Below, one piece after another: positions 19,227 to 30,200 of a DNA stretch of 64,000 bases. This DNA is from an uncultured delta proteobacterium (lineage in GTDB: Bacteria; Desulfobacterota; Binatia; UBA9968). The position numbers and the translations under genes were made by a program. The notes under the pieces are model-generated. The model did no database searches, was not told the origin of the DNA, and saw only the letters and a list, made by a program, of their open reading frames with translations. Position 1 is the first letter of the stretch. The number at the start of each line of letters is the position of its first letter. The DNA is taken from contig CAVWLW010000030.1 of NCBI GenBank assembly GCA_963755715.1, forward strand, positions 32,001 to 96,000, read 5' to 3'.

Positions 19227-19439
19227 CTATTGCCAGGTTACCGCGTCCGTGATCACGATTTCTTCGGAAGAAACTAACGACTGTGTGCCGTCATCCCAAT
19301 GCACGTTGACCAATTGCCCGCCCTCGCCTTCGAGTTCGTAGACAATAGTTCCTTCCGTCGCGGCTCCGATCGTTCCTTCGATATCTAAAATCTCGGTCGC
19401 CGCGCGGCAACGTATTCCTTTCAGCGTAACATCTATCAT
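19227..19439 (-). CDS. Small acidic hypothetical protein, possible SH3/KOW-like barrel
   Basis: 70 aa; GTIVYE..QLVNVHWDDG; GAGGG upstream. Confidence 0.5.
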   Translation of the reverse strand: MIDVTLKGIRCRAATEILDIEGTIGAATEGTIVYELEGEGGQLVNVHWDDGTQSLVSSEEIVITDAVTWQ

Positions 19440-19624
19440 CGGCGCGCCCTCGTGGTCTCGTCGAAAACGACTTGACGGTCTTTGGTCTCAAGAAGGGCAA
19501 CTTTAAACATGAAAATTTGTTCAAATCAACTGTAAAAAAACCTTTGCGCCGATAAAGTTTCGCCACGCTCGTTGCGAAAGCAGCGCTAGCCAACCAGCAG
19601 CCCACCATCGACAATCGAGGGAAG

Positions 19625-20956
19625 CTACGAAATCAACGCCACCTGAAGATCCATGACGTTGGTCAAGGTCGGACCTGTGACTAATAAATCGTCCGTAGCG
19701 CGTAAGAAATGATAGGAATCGTTTCTATTTAGAAAATCTCTTGCGTCGAGACCTTTGGCTTTGCCGCGCTCGACGGTTGATCCGTCGATAATTCCACCGG
19801 CGGCATCCGTAGGTCCGTCCGTGCCATCCGTGCCGCCGCTCAAGAGAACGGCATCCTTCAGCCCGTCGATTTCAATTGCCGCCGCGAGAGCGAACTCTTG
19901 ATTGCGGCCGCCCACGCCATCGCCGGAAACCGTGACCGTGGTTTCGCCGCCCGAGATCACGCAGGCGGGACGAGGAATCGGTTTGTCGGTCCGCGCAATC
20001 TCTTGCATCAACGAGGCGTGCGATCTGGCCACGGCTCTGCTTTCGCCCTCGATAGAATCGCCAAGAATCATCGTATGATAGCCGAGCGCGTCGGCGCGCT
20101 GGCGCGCCGCCTCTACGGCGATGCGATTGCTGCCAATGACGACGTTTTGGACTTTCTGAAAGATCGCGTCCGAAGGTTTCGGCGTCTCGTCATGCTTGCC
20201 GTCGGCGCCGCTTTGCAAATAATCGATCACCGCCGATGGAATCCGATCGTGAAGCCGGTAGCGACGAAGTATCTGCAAACACTCGTCGTAGGTGCTGTTA
20301 TCGGGAGCAGTGGGGCCGGACGCAATGGCATCGAGCGCGTCGCCGACGACATCGGAAAGGATCAACGCGATCAAACGCGCGGGCGCTACGAGTTTCGCAA
20401 GCTGCCCGCCTTTCAATCGCGAAAGATGTTTTCGCAGCGCGTTGATTTCACCGATGCCGGCTCCGCTTTTTAAAAGAGCCTCGGTGGCTTGTTGCTTATC
20501 AGCGAGCGATAAGCCGTCAGCCGGAAAAGGCAAAAGCGCCGAACCGCCGCCCGAAATCAGAAACAAGACCAGGTCCCGTTCCTCGCAGTTGTGGAGGAGC
20601 TCCACAACCCGCCGCGCGCCATCGAGTCCGGCTTGATCGGGAATCGGATGACCCGCTTCAACGACGCGGATCTTCTTCAGCGGCAGGCCGTGGCCGTACT
20701 TCACGACGATGACGCCGTCCGCGATTTTATCCCCGAGCAATGCTTCGACAGCCGATGCCATCGGCGCGCTCGCTTTACCGCAACCGGCGACAAAGATGCG
20801 GCGAATCGATGCTAACTCGTAGGCGCGGCCGGCGACGTGGAGCCGATCGCCGCGAAGTCGAAGGTTAGTCTTAACCGCTGCGCCAGGATCCGACGCGATT
20901 AAAGCGGCGCTGAAAATATTCCGGGCGTGCGTCCGCAGTTCGTTCAGAGATGGCAT
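19625..20956 (-). CDS. Glycerate 2-kinase (MOFRL/TtuD/GckA family)
   Basis: GCGKAS, EAGHPIPD, LISGGGSAL, KGGQLA, SDVVGD..IASGPT, GGETTV, GGRNQE, GTDGTDGPT and TNVMD. Confidence 0.93.
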   Translation of the reverse strand: MPSLNELRTHARNIFSAALIASDPGAAVKTNLRLRGDRLHVAGRAYELASIRRIFVAGCGKASAPMASAVEALLGDKIADGVIVVKYGHGLPLKKIRVVEAGHPIPDQAGLDGARRVVELLHNCEERDLVLFLISGGGSALLPFPADGLSLADKQQATEALLKSGAGIGEINALRKHLSRLKGGQLAKLVAPARLIALILSDVVGDALDAIASGPTAPDNSTYDECLQILRRYRLHDRIPSAVIDYLQSGADGKHDETPKPSDAIFQKVQNVVIGSNRIAVEAARQRADALGYHTMILGDSIEGESRAVARSHASLMQEIARTDKPIPRPACVISGGETTVTVSGDGVGGRNQEFALAAAIEIDGLKDAVLLSGGTDGTDGPTDAAGGIIDGSTVERGKAKGLDARDFLNRNDSYHFLRATDDLLVTGPTLTNVMDLQVALIS

Positions 20957-21045
20957 TTGCCGGAGCCTATCATGACGATAGCCAATAGGTCACACGTGCG
21001 GGGAAATGCGCCGGAACGAAACGACGACCAGATCAATCGTCAATT

Positions 21046-21453
21046 CTATCGAGGGGATGATGCTTGAGGCTGAGGATCAAACAGGCGGAATCCACCAAAA
21101 CCATATTCACCGATTTCCTTCCCGGTGCTCGCGTCATAGATATCGATCAACATGTTCTTTTCCGGATGTCCCGCGAGAAAGCGCGAAAAGATCTCGACGA
21201 ATTCTTCTTGCTCAACGGCATTGGCCTTTGAAAAGCCTTCACCGACGAAAAGTCGGTGCGGTCTTTTGCTGCTGTCGAGTCTCACCCAGTAGCGGGAACC
21301 GTTGGACCCTACTTTATCGAGCCACTTACGGTATTCCGAGACTCGAGCTTCGATTTCTTTGAAGTTGAGGTTTTGCGCTGACGCAAGAGGGGAAAAAAAA
21401 CATGCGGATGCCAGGATAAAAATTGCTATTTTTCCCGACATCCGCATGGTCAC
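21046..21453 (-). CDS. Hypothetical exported protein
   Basis: Signal peptide ending in ASA-Q; about 130 aa ORF. Confidence 0.6.
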   Translation of the reverse strand: MTMRMSGKIAIFILASACFFSPLASAQNLNFKEIEARVSEYRKWLDKVGSNGSRYWVRLDSSKRPHRLFVGEGFSKANAVEQEEFVEIFSRFLAGHPEKNMLIDIYDASTGKEIGEYGFGGFRLFDPQPQASSPR

Positions 21454-21469
21454 GATCTAGTCTGCGAAA

Positions 21470-22177
21470 TCAGTTAACTTTGATTTCGACTCTGCGATTC
21501 TTCGCTCGACCTTCTGCGGTCTTGTTGTCAGCGATCGGTTTGCTTTCGCCGAATCCCTGTCCGGAAACTCGGCCACCGTCAACGCCTTTCTTCACGACAT
21601 AGTCCTTCACCGAAGCAACACGCCGCTCGGACAACCCTTGGTTGTACCTCTCGGTGCCAACGTTATCGGTGTAGCCCGACAAATTGACCTTCTTGTCTTT
21701 GTTCTCGTTCATGAAAGCAACCAGCCGATCCAATATGGCCCCGGCTTCAGGCTTGACGTTGCTCTTGTCGAAGTCAAAGAGAACATCGTCCAAAATAATC
21801 GTCCGCTCAACCGGTGCCGGTTTTGGCGGAGGTGGCGGTGGTGGCGGTGGCGGCGGTGGTGGCGGCTTCGGCGCCGGCGGCGGTGGTGGTGGCGGTGGAG
21901 GCGGCGGTGGTGGCGGTGGCGGTGGTGGCTCTTGAGCGATCAAATATGCCAACCCGCCACATATCAATGCCCCAGTCACTAAACCGATCGCGGCTCCAAT
22001 ACCCTCATTTACGTGACTGCCGTTTATTCCGTGGTGTGCGACCGCGGCACCCACTCCAGCTCCGCCCGCACCGCATGCTGCAGCTCCAACCAATGCGCTT
22101 TGGGTCTTGGACATTCCCGCACAGCCCGTCAAGAAAAACCCTAGCGCGGTTAAGGCCAGGTGTTTGCTTGTTTTCAT
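21470..22177 (-). CDS. OmpA-family peptidoglycan-binding lipoprotein with poly-proline linker
   Basis: LTG-C lipobox, glycine zipper, Pro-rich linker, VLFDFDKS, GYTDNVG..N..LSERR and NRRVEI. Confidence 0.93.
   Translation of the reverse strand: MKTSKHLALTALGFFLTGCAGMSKTQSALVGAAACGAGGAGVGAAVAHHGINGSHVNEGIGAAIGLVTGALICGGLAYLIAQEPPPPPPPPPPPPPPPPPPAPKPPPPPPPPPPPPPPKPAPVERTIILDDVLFDFDKSNVKPEAGAILDRLVAFMNENKDKKVNLSGYTDNVGTERYNQGLSERRVASVKDYVVKKGVDGGRVSGQGFGESKPIADNKTAEGRAKNRRVEIKVN
21826..21929. repeat. Low-complexity CCN codon run encoding poly-proline
   Basis: Runs of GGT/GGC triplets on the + strand; protein PPPPP...APKPPPP... Confidence 0.9.
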
Positions 22178-22614
22178 CTCTGCCTCCCAAAAATGCTCAC
22201 AAAATTTCGCCCAAAATATGACAAGGCACCCCCTGCTGTCAAGCAAATAATTAAGAAATTTTTGAACCAACTACTTTATACGTACCGGGAGAGCCAAATA
22301 AGGCGCTAAATAGTGTAATTCCCCTTCATCTGGCACAATCTATAGGTGTACAAAGCCTGCCGTGCCCGCAGGTAAAATGAGCCGACAATACCGCGTGAAG
22401 GTTTTGAGATCGGTGCTTCGGTGCTAGGGTGTGCGCGCACTTGGCGAGGGCGAGCGCCAAAATCGAGCGGTCTAACAGCCTACGGCCGCGGTTGTGCAGC
22501 GAAATCGCTTATATATCAGGCAAAAAGGGAAAGTCGAATTAATCAGGGTGGCGAGATCGATCGCCGCGTTTGGATTTGGTTGCCGGGCAATTTTTCAACG
22601 TGTATCGTTTTCAG

Positions 22615-25524
22615 ATGCCCGCTCTCGCTCGCACCGGTCTGAAACTCGGTGGAATTTTTCTCGCTCTCGTCGTGATCTTTTACTGCGCGCTCTATTTCAT
22701 CATTCAGTCGGCGCCATTTCGCCCCTGGATAGAAGCCAAGCTTTCGACAGCGAGCGGCGCCACGGTGCGAGTGACGGATCTCCGTTTTCGGCTGCCACTG
22801 AGCATCGTCGCCGAAGACATGGAGGTTTCCAAACCGGACATATTTTTCTTCAAAGGCCATCGACTCACGGCGACGCTCAATCCGTTCGATTTGCGCTCAG
22901 GGACGGTGCATCGTCTAGACATCGAAAGTCCGCTCATCGAGCTGGACATTCAAGGATTATCGCGGCCCGCGAATAAGAAATCCGCCACTCTCGCGTTGCG
23001 CCATCTGAATGTGCGCGACGGCAGGATCGTCTTAAAAAAAGGCGACACGGTCTTGCTTGAGTTGCCGGCGGTGACTTTGAATGCGCAGAATTTCAATCTT
23101 GCGGACCATGCCGGGGTAAGCCTTCAGGCCGACATTCCCGAACTAAACGGCAATCTGGATTTCACGCTGGCAGGTCAACTCGACGCACTGCAGGCCGATA
23201 TTGCCGTCCGGTCGAAGACGACGCGCGGCCTGCTCGGCGGCGCCCAGCCGGACCCGGCGGCGCCCGAAATGCTCCGTCTCCGGTCGCTCATCAACCTAGC
23301 TGAAAATCAAAGGCCCGCAGCCACGATCGAGAGCCGATGGCACGATTTGCCAATTCAAACGACCAGGATGACCGGCGTTTTGAACGCCAAGCTCGATATC
23401 GAGCCGGATTTCAGCGCCGTCGCGTTTACCGGGCGGGCTGAGCTCGTCGATGTTTTTAGCGCGCTCGTCCCGGCGCTTAGCCGGCTGCCCAACGGCAAAG
23501 CCGCGGCAACTTTTAGCGGTGCGTATGCCACCGCGAGCAAAAAACTCACGGTAAAAACAGTCGATATCGCTTCCGCTCTTGGCAGCGCCAAAGGCGACGG
23601 CGAGATGCTTTTTACCGAGCAACAGCCGACGGTGGCAAAAGCGGCGCTGCTCTTTCAAGACATTCCTCTGCAGGATCTGAAAACGCTCCTGCCGTCACCA
23701 TTCAATCAATGGAGCTATCAGGGTCGCGGCCGAGTCGAAGTCGAAGTCCATGGCGCCTGGAATGCGCTCGCAGTTAAAGGCGTCGCGCGGAGCAATGGCA
23801 CGCAAATCCGCGGCGCCGACCTTGCGCTGGAAAATTTATCTTTGAGTGCGCCGTTTGAGTGGTTGCGACCGACTTGGCGCGTCGGCGAAGCGCAGCTAAC
23901 CGCTCTCAAGCTCACCTACGGCGATAAAGATCGCTGGCAAGTCGCAGCGGAGCGAGTGCAAGCCAGCGCGACGATGAACTTTGGCGCCGACCCGGCGATG
24001 AAAATCACTGGGCGTCTTAAAAGCGCCGGCGGCAAATTCGCCTCTCCCGACGGCTCCAAGTTGGGCGAAAATTTCGCGATCGATGGTGACTTCGAATTGC
24101 GCACCGATCCCGTCAAGCATTCCATCGGCGTCGGCGGCAAGTTTCGCGCCGACGCCGGCGAGCTCTTGTGGGGCAAATTTTTTGCGGATCTCAAAATGCA
24201 GCAACCGGTCATTGAACTCCAGGCCGATTATTTTCGCGATCTCGACCGCTTCGATTGTCGCCGCTGCAATTTTAATTTAACAAAAATCGGTTCTGTCGAC
24301 GTGAGCGGCTCGGTCGAGGGCTTCAGCCAAAGCCCGAAGCTTCGCCTCCAAGCGCGCAGCGCGAATTTTTTGCCCGGCGGCTTTTATGAATTTGTCCTGC
24401 GCTCGAGTTTCAACCGTGAGTATCCGCTGCTCGACAAACTCACCCTCGGCGGCGAACTCGCCTTTCAATGCCAAATTCACGGCGATCTGCAAAGCCTCAT
24501 TACCGAGGGAGATTTATCTCTGAAGGCCGGTGAACTGCGCGAGCAACCGGAGGGCTGGCAGATCGGGCCGATTACGCTCAATCTACCGTTCCAAATTTCC
24601 TGGCCGGGAAGCCCGCAGACATCGAGCGCCAAGCCGCAAATCGGCGTGCTCGCAATCGAGCAGGCGCGCTTTGGTGGCCAGTCGGTGGGCCGAATCACGG
24701 CGGCCATTAGCTTGTCCAATAATGCCTTGATATTTCCCCAGCCGATTCACGCCGAGATCTTTGGCGGTGCGGTCGAAATCAGCGCTCTTCGTTGGCCCGA
24801 TGTCGTCAACGATCCGAAGCAGTTGTCGTTCTCGGCCGAGATGAAACGATTGCAGCTTGACGACCTGTCGCGGGCCCTCCACTGGCCACCTTTCAGCGGC
24901 ACTCTGACCGGCTCGATTCCGCAAGTGCAATCGGTCGGCAACACACTGCAGACCAACGGCGAGATCCAGGCCGAGCTATTCGGCGGCCAAGTTCGCCTGG
25001 GAAAACTCGAAATCGAAAATCCTTTTTCGTCTCTGGCGGCGATCCGGCTGGACGCCCGGCTCAGCGGCATCGATCTCGAGCAAGTCACCAAAACCTTTTC
25101 ATTCGGACGCATCTCAGGCATTCTGGAAGGAAGCATCGACGATCTCGTGATCACCGACAAACAACCGTCGCAATTTCGCGCCGACTTGCATTCAGTCGAT
25201 CGCGGCACGGAACAGCGGATCAGTGTCGAGGCGCTAAACAAGATTACGGTGTTGAGCTCCGGCGCAAGCGCCGGCGCCCTGTACAGCGGACTCGCCGGCT
25301 TCTTCGACAGCTTTCGCTACAGTAAGCTCGGCTTCAAAGCGAGCTTGAAAAACGACCGGCTTACCTTGCGCGGCGTAGAAAGCCAAGGCGATCAGGAATT
25401 CTTGGTGGTCGGCAGTTTTCTGCCGCCGCGGGTCAATATCGTCAGTCACACTCAAAATATCGCCTTTTCAGAGCTGCTGCGCCGGCTTCAACAAATCAAA
25501 TCAGACAAACCGGAAACGAAATAG
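22615..25524 (+). CDS. YdbH-like AsmA-superfamily envelope bridge protein
   Basis: N-terminal TM anchor and a long beta-rich body; C-terminal QRISVEALNKITVL..FFDSFRYSKLGF..LKND.L.LRG; followed by a YdbL-type gene. Confidence 0.7.
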   Translation: MPALARTGLKLGGIFLALVVIFYCALYFIIQSAPFRPWIEAKLSTASGATVRVTDLRFRLPLSIVAEDMEVSKPDIFFFKGHRLTATLNPFDLRSGTVHRLDIESPLIELDIQGLSRPANKKSATLALRHLNVRDGRIVLKKGDTVLLELPAVTLNAQNFNLADHAGVSLQADIPELNGNLDFTLAGQLDALQADIAVRSKTTRGLLGGAQPDPAAPEMLRLRSLINLAENQRPAATIESRWHDLPIQTTRMTGVLNAKLDIEPDFSAVAFTGRAELVDVFSALVPALSRLPNGKAAATFSGAYATASKKLTVKTVDIASALGSAKGDGEMLFTEQQPTVAKAALLFQDIPLQDLKTLLPSPFNQWSYQGRGRVEVEVHGAWNALAVKGVARSNGTQIRGADLALENLSLSAPFEWLRPTWRVGEAQLTALKLTYGDKDRWQVAAERVQASATMNFGADPAMKITGRLKSAGGKFASPDGSKLGENFAIDGDFELRTDPVKHSIGVGGKFRADAGELLWGKFFADLKMQQPVIELQADYFRDLDRFDCRRCNFNLTKIGSVDVSGSVEGFSQSPKLRLQARSANFLPGGFYEFVLRSSFNREYPLLDKLTLGGELAFQCQIHGDLQSLITEGDLSLKAGELREQPEGWQIGPITLNLPFQISWPGSPQTSSAKPQIGVLAIEQARFGGQSVGRITAAISLSNNALIFPQPIHAEIFGGAVEISALRWPDVVNDPKQLSFSAEMKRLQLDDLSRALHWPPFSGTLTGSIPQVQSVGNTLQTNGEIQAELFGGQVRLGKLEIENPFSSLAAIRLDARLSGIDLEQVTKTFSFGRISGILEGSIDDLVITDKQPSQFRADLHSVDRGTEQRISVEALNKITVLSSGASAGALYSGLAGFFDSFRYSKLGFKASLKNDRLTLRGVESQGDQEFLVVGSFLPPRVNIVSHTQNIAFSELLRRLQQIKSDKPETK

Positions 25525-25537
25525 GGACGGAGGAAAC

Positions 25538-26119
25538 ATGCTGAAACGGATGATCTTCACACTGATATTTTTTGTCAGCGCCTGCGTGACGGTCAATATC
25601 TATTTTCCCGCGGCGGCCGTCGAACGCGCCGCCGATCAGATCGTCAAAGAAACTTGGGGCGGGCCGGCGAAACCAGCGACACCCGTGCCGCAGCCGCAGA
25701 GCCGCAGTTTATTTTCGCCGAACCGCTTCCTAGCGCTGAGCTTCGTGAGCGAAGCTTTTGCCCAGGACGCCGATATCAACGTGACCAACCCGGCGATTCG
25801 CGCCTTGAAAGACTCGATCAAGAAGCGCAGCGACGCCATCAAGCCGTACATGGACCGCGGCAACATCGGTATCGCGCAAGACGGCCTGCTCGCGATCCGC
25901 AGCGCCGACGGCCTCAATCTCAAGGAGCGTGCCGAGGCCAACCAACTCATCGACGCGGAGAACAAGGACCGCGAGGCGCTCTATGCAGAGATTGCCAAGG
26001 CGAATGGCATTCCGAAAGAGAACATTCCCAAGATCAAGAGCATCTTTGCCAAGAGCTGGATCGAGCAGGCACAGCCCGGCTGGTGGATTCAGAGCAATGG
26101 CAATTGGCAGAAAAAGTAA
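25538..26119 (+). CDS. YnbE-like lipoprotein N-terminus fused to a YdbL/DUF1318 domain
   Basis: VSA-CVTVNIYFPAAA lipobox; ENKDREALYAEIAKAN..FAKSWIEQAQPGWWIQ..G.W.KK. Confidence 0.8.
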   Translation: MLKRMIFTLIFFVSACVTVNIYFPAAAVERAADQIVKETWGGPAKPATPVPQPQSRSLFSPNRFLALSFVSEAFAQDADINVTNPAIRALKDSIKKRSDAIKPYMDRGNIGIAQDGLLAIRSADGLNLKERAEANQLIDAENKDREALYAEIAKANGIPKENIPKIKSIFAKSWIEQAQPGWWIQSNGNWQKK

Positions 26120-26268
26120 GCGCCATGCTTCCGCCCGCCGGGCAGAGCCAACGCGGCGACTTGGATCTGGTCTTTTTTCTCGATCGCGGCGGCTCGCGCG
26201 CCACTCGCGACCACAGCAGATAACAGGATCAGCGAGAGTAACCGCACTCGACGAAAAGGTCTTTCCAT
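26089..26268 (-). pseudogene. Possible truncated exported-protein remnant (59 aa; not in the ORF track)
   Basis: MERPFRRVRLLSLILLSAVVASGARA-AAIEKKDQIQVAALALPGG; runs into the convergent ydbL end. Confidence 0.4.
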
Positions 26269-26314
26269 AGAACCAAACTCTTCCAGCTGGCGCGACGTCG
26301 CATAAAGATGCTCT

Positions 26315-26749
26315 CTACTTCAAATCCGCCGTGCAGTGGGCGCACTTCGTCGCCTTGAGTGGAATTGCCGAGAGACAATGCGGACAATCCTTGGTTGTCG
26401 CCGCCGCCGCGGCCGGCTCCGGTTTTTTCAATGCATTCATCTGTCGAATGATCAAAAAAAGCACAAATGCGATGATCAAAAAATTGAGTATGGTGTTAAA
26501 AAAAATGCCGTAATTGACCGTCGCGGCTCCCGCCGCTTTCGCTGCTGCGACGCTGGGATACTCCTTGTCTGACAAATTGACGAATAGGTTGGCAAAATCA
26601 ACGTTGCCGAGCATCCGTCCGATCGGCGGCATGATGATATCGTCAACAAGCGATGAAACAATCTTGCCGAACGCAGCGCCAATGATCACGCCCACGGCCA
26701 GCTCGATGACCGGGCCTTTCATTGCGAACTCTTTGAACTCTTTCAACAT
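26315..26749 (-). CDS. mscL: Large-conductance mechanosensitive channel with C-terminal zinc ribbon
   Basis: [37 protein letters not shown] and NYGIF; tail CPHC..CAHC. Confidence 0.95.
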   Translation of the reverse strand: MLKEFKEFAMKGPVIELAVGVIIGAAFGKIVSSLVDDIIMPPIGRMLGNVDFANLFVNLSDKEYPSVAAAKAAGAATVNYGIFFNTILNFLIIAFVLFLIIRQMNALKKPEPAAAAATTKDCPHCLSAIPLKATKCAHCTADLK

Positions 26750-27230
26750 AAGACCTCCCTGTCGTTTTTGCGATTCGCTTCGGGACATTAATCGCGAGGT
26801 CACCCGCGTATAATGGCAGGTCACCGCTCATAAAGTCAATGGAAAAGTCGTGTCAGCAATCGAACGATCACGACGTTCCTACGGGTCATTCATGGCGGCG
26901 TATCGCCCAATATAATTATGATACACCTACGGCGCGTCGATATTTCGCGATCTCGTTTAATTACCATCCCAACGTCCTTTGTTTTTCGTATGGCAAAATT
27001 CACAGACCGACACGGCGCCGATCGGTCGCAAGAATCTGGTGGAGAGAAATTAAAGTGAATCGCCCGACTAACTTGGATTCAGCTCGAAAGAACCGAGATC
27101 CGTCGCTGAAGCGTTCGAATGATCGAGCTATATTCTACGGCGAGATAATCTTCCCGGATCGACATCGCGAAGCGAATGCTCATTAATTCTGCCGAAAGCG
27201 GATTAATCTGCGCATCGTCAAGTGCATTCT

Positions 27231-30200
27231 TTAATACCGTTTGCTCCAGATGATATCTATTCCACTCGAACCGCTGCTGCTCGTCTTCGTGCCGATTTTC
27301 CAGTTGGGCGCGATTTGATACTCGAGGGCAACTTCCTGTTCATGATTATCGGCAAGCTCTTGAGAAAGCGAAAAGTAGGTCTTGTCGCCGATGTAACGCC
27401 CGAAGCCGATGCGACCGCCGGAAAAATCCACTTCGCCCAAGCTATCCAAACCGAGCGCCTTGGAAACCGAGTTAGCAATTTGGCCGGCGACGAAGCCGCT
27501 CGTGATACCCAATGCGCTTTGCTGCAATGAGCCTTGCTCTTTCTGGCTCAGCGAGTCGATCGGTTTGCCGAAAATCAGCAGCGCAAGAATATCGGCTTGT
27601 TCTAGCTGCGGGTGGCTCGCGAGAGTCAAGCTAGGTTTTTCCGCTGTGCCGCCGATGATTACGTCAACCTCATAGTTCGGCAATCGATATTCCGCCACGA
27701 CGTCGAGCGACGGATTGATCTGGCCACCGCCCGTGAACTCGATCGCTCCCCTGGTCAACTGAAGCCGCCGCCCTTGAAAAGCCAGCCAGCCCCTGACGAC
27801 ATCGATGCGTCCCGTGAGATCGATCTCGCGATCGGGCGCCTTGGTCGCGTGCACATTACCGGAAAGCTCGGAAACCAAATCAGGATGTCGGATCCAAACA
27901 TGGCCCGGCGCGCTCACCGTTAGATCCAGACTGAGCTTTTTGAAAAGCTGGTCATCGCCTGCAGTGGAGGACTCTTTTTTTTGCGCCGGCGGCGGGCGCG
28001 GTACGCCGTTTTTATTAACGAACACAATCGTCTCGTCGGGCTTCAGCGGCACTTTGCTCTGCTCCAAAAAAGCCAGGTCCGGCCGCAGTGAACCTTCAAG
28101 AACGGTGATCTTGCCGGATATTTTCGGAGCAGTCAGAGTTCCTTGGGCCTCGACATCGCCGGCCACCTTCACTTGATAACGTTGGGTCTCGATCGCAGGC
28201 CAGCGCTGCGCCGTCAGCACCAGCTTGAATCCGTTGGCATCGAAGTCTTTAAGCGCGATCGAGCCGCTGCCCTTTATTTCCCCATCCTTGGCTTTGGCGG
28301 TGAGCTCACGCACGTTGACGCTGCGCGAATCCAACCCCCCCGTCACCGTGATCCCGTTGATATCGACACCGAGAGGGACAACCTTCAACCTGCCATCACG
28401 CAATTGAAAGGTGCCGCGCAGATCCGGTTGTTTTACCGCGCCGCGCGCGCTCGCATCGAGGCTCACTTCACCGGCGATGTTTTCCAGGCTTTTGCCGCTA
28501 AACGCGTTTAAAAAAGCGACGCTTAGCCCGGCGCTTTGTATTCGGAGATCCAAGCCGTCGGCAAAATCGGCGCGAAAACCGTTGCTCCAGCTCAAGTTGA
28601 GCGGCAGCGTGCCGTTGGCATTGAGCGCGCGAGCAGCGTCCTGGCGCACCTCCAGTCGCAGAGTCGCGCGCTTGTCTTGATAACCCAGGTCGGCAGTCGC
28701 ACCGGCGTAGGCTTGTCCGGCGACCGTCGTTTCGGTGAGCTTTGCCGAAGCGGCGATTTCCGGCGCGGCGGCCGACCCCGTGACCCGGGCATGCGCAGCG
28801 AGCAGTCCGGTCACCTTCGGGGGTTGCGCTAGAAAGGCGGTCACCAAGCCAAGCGGCAATCGATCGACAGTCAATGTCAGGTCCTGATTGCCGGCGACCG
28901 CAAAACGGCCGTATAGCGCCAATTCTCGGTCGCCGTTCTTCATGGAGAGCTGATCGATAGTAAAAGCATCGTCGCGCTTGGTCACCGTTACCGGACGCGA
29001 TAACTTCCACGTGCCGTCCGGCGCGGTGAGCGAAACCTGGCTCAGTCGCAGTATCAAAGCATCAGGCGCCAGATCCACCGTGCCGCTCACCGCGTGCTTG
29101 CGCTCGAGCAGGTCCTGCGCGTCTAAGTCGAGTTGGATCGACGGCACTGCCTGCCGCGACAACTTTGCCGTGGCGTTGAGACGTCGCAAGTTGAGCCCGG
29201 CAGCGATGTCGGTCAATTGCGCCGTGACCACTCCCCGAGGAAAAAATTCCTCCTGGGAGCCCCGCAGAGCGAAGGAAATGTTGCCCGCCTTCACAACAGT
29301 CCCTTCGAGCTCCAAACCCGATAAACGCACCACCCCCTGGGTTTGCAGATCAGCGGGATTACCTCGAGCTTGACCGCTGAGTTCGATTGCTCCCGAACCT
29401 TTTCTTTGGACCAGCGCCAGCCAAGGAGAGACATCGGTCATGCGCAGTCGATAATCGAGATTGCCGGTGTTCTTCGCGTCGAGACCCAGTTCGCCGTTGA
29501 CGGCCAACGTTGCATCATCGGTGGCAAGAGTAGCGCCCGCAATGCGGATTTTATTCTCGCTTAGAGTCGCGGTCAGCGCGCCTTGCTTGACCAGCACCGG
29601 ACCCACGGACGATGGCAAAATGCGCACCTCCGCGCGCGTATTCATATCGGCAAGAGTCCATCCGGCGCCTTTGACCTTTGCCTGGAGGTTGAGTTTGCCC
29701 TGAATGGCAGTGCCGTCCGCCGCCTTTTCAATGTCGAGATCTTTTACCGACAGAGCCAACTCATACGGCGGCCGTTTTTCACTCAGGGCCACCTTCCCAG
29801 ACCACTCGGCGCCGCCGAGCTTACTTTGGAGCCGGCCATCGACGGTCGCTATGCTGTCTTTCAGTACTCCTTGAATAGAAAGGGTGCCCAACAGCCATTC
29901 CTGCATTTGAGCGGCGTGGGCTTCCAAAGCCAGTTTCGCCTGCGTATCGCGCAATGCAAAACCGTTCCCGTTCGCTTCAATATTGGCATGCACGACTCCA
30001 GCGACATCCCTGCGGCCAAGCCACTGACGCAAGTCGAAACCGTTAACGATCGCCGTCGCCGAATAACGAGGGTTCGCCTGAGTCACATCAGCCTTAAATT
30101 TTGCGGCGATTTTGCCGCCCGCGCCCGCTAACTCGAGATTTCCATTCAAAGCATCGAGCGGCCCCTCGATCGTTAGGTTGCCGGCAATATCGGGTTTCAA

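Noticed and set aside
21814-21935. Poly-Gly and poly-Val/Ala ORFs on the + strand; possible CRISPR or VNTR
   Set aside because: These are the antisense of the OmpA poly-Pro linker; there is no repeat-spacer structure.
22331-22346. TGGCACAATCTATAG as a sigma54 promoter
   Set aside because: Good -24 element but no GC at -12.
26830-27230. About 400-nt gap between mscL and tamB with a 115-aa + strand ORF
   Set aside because: No RBS, motif, tRNA fold or repeat that I could support.
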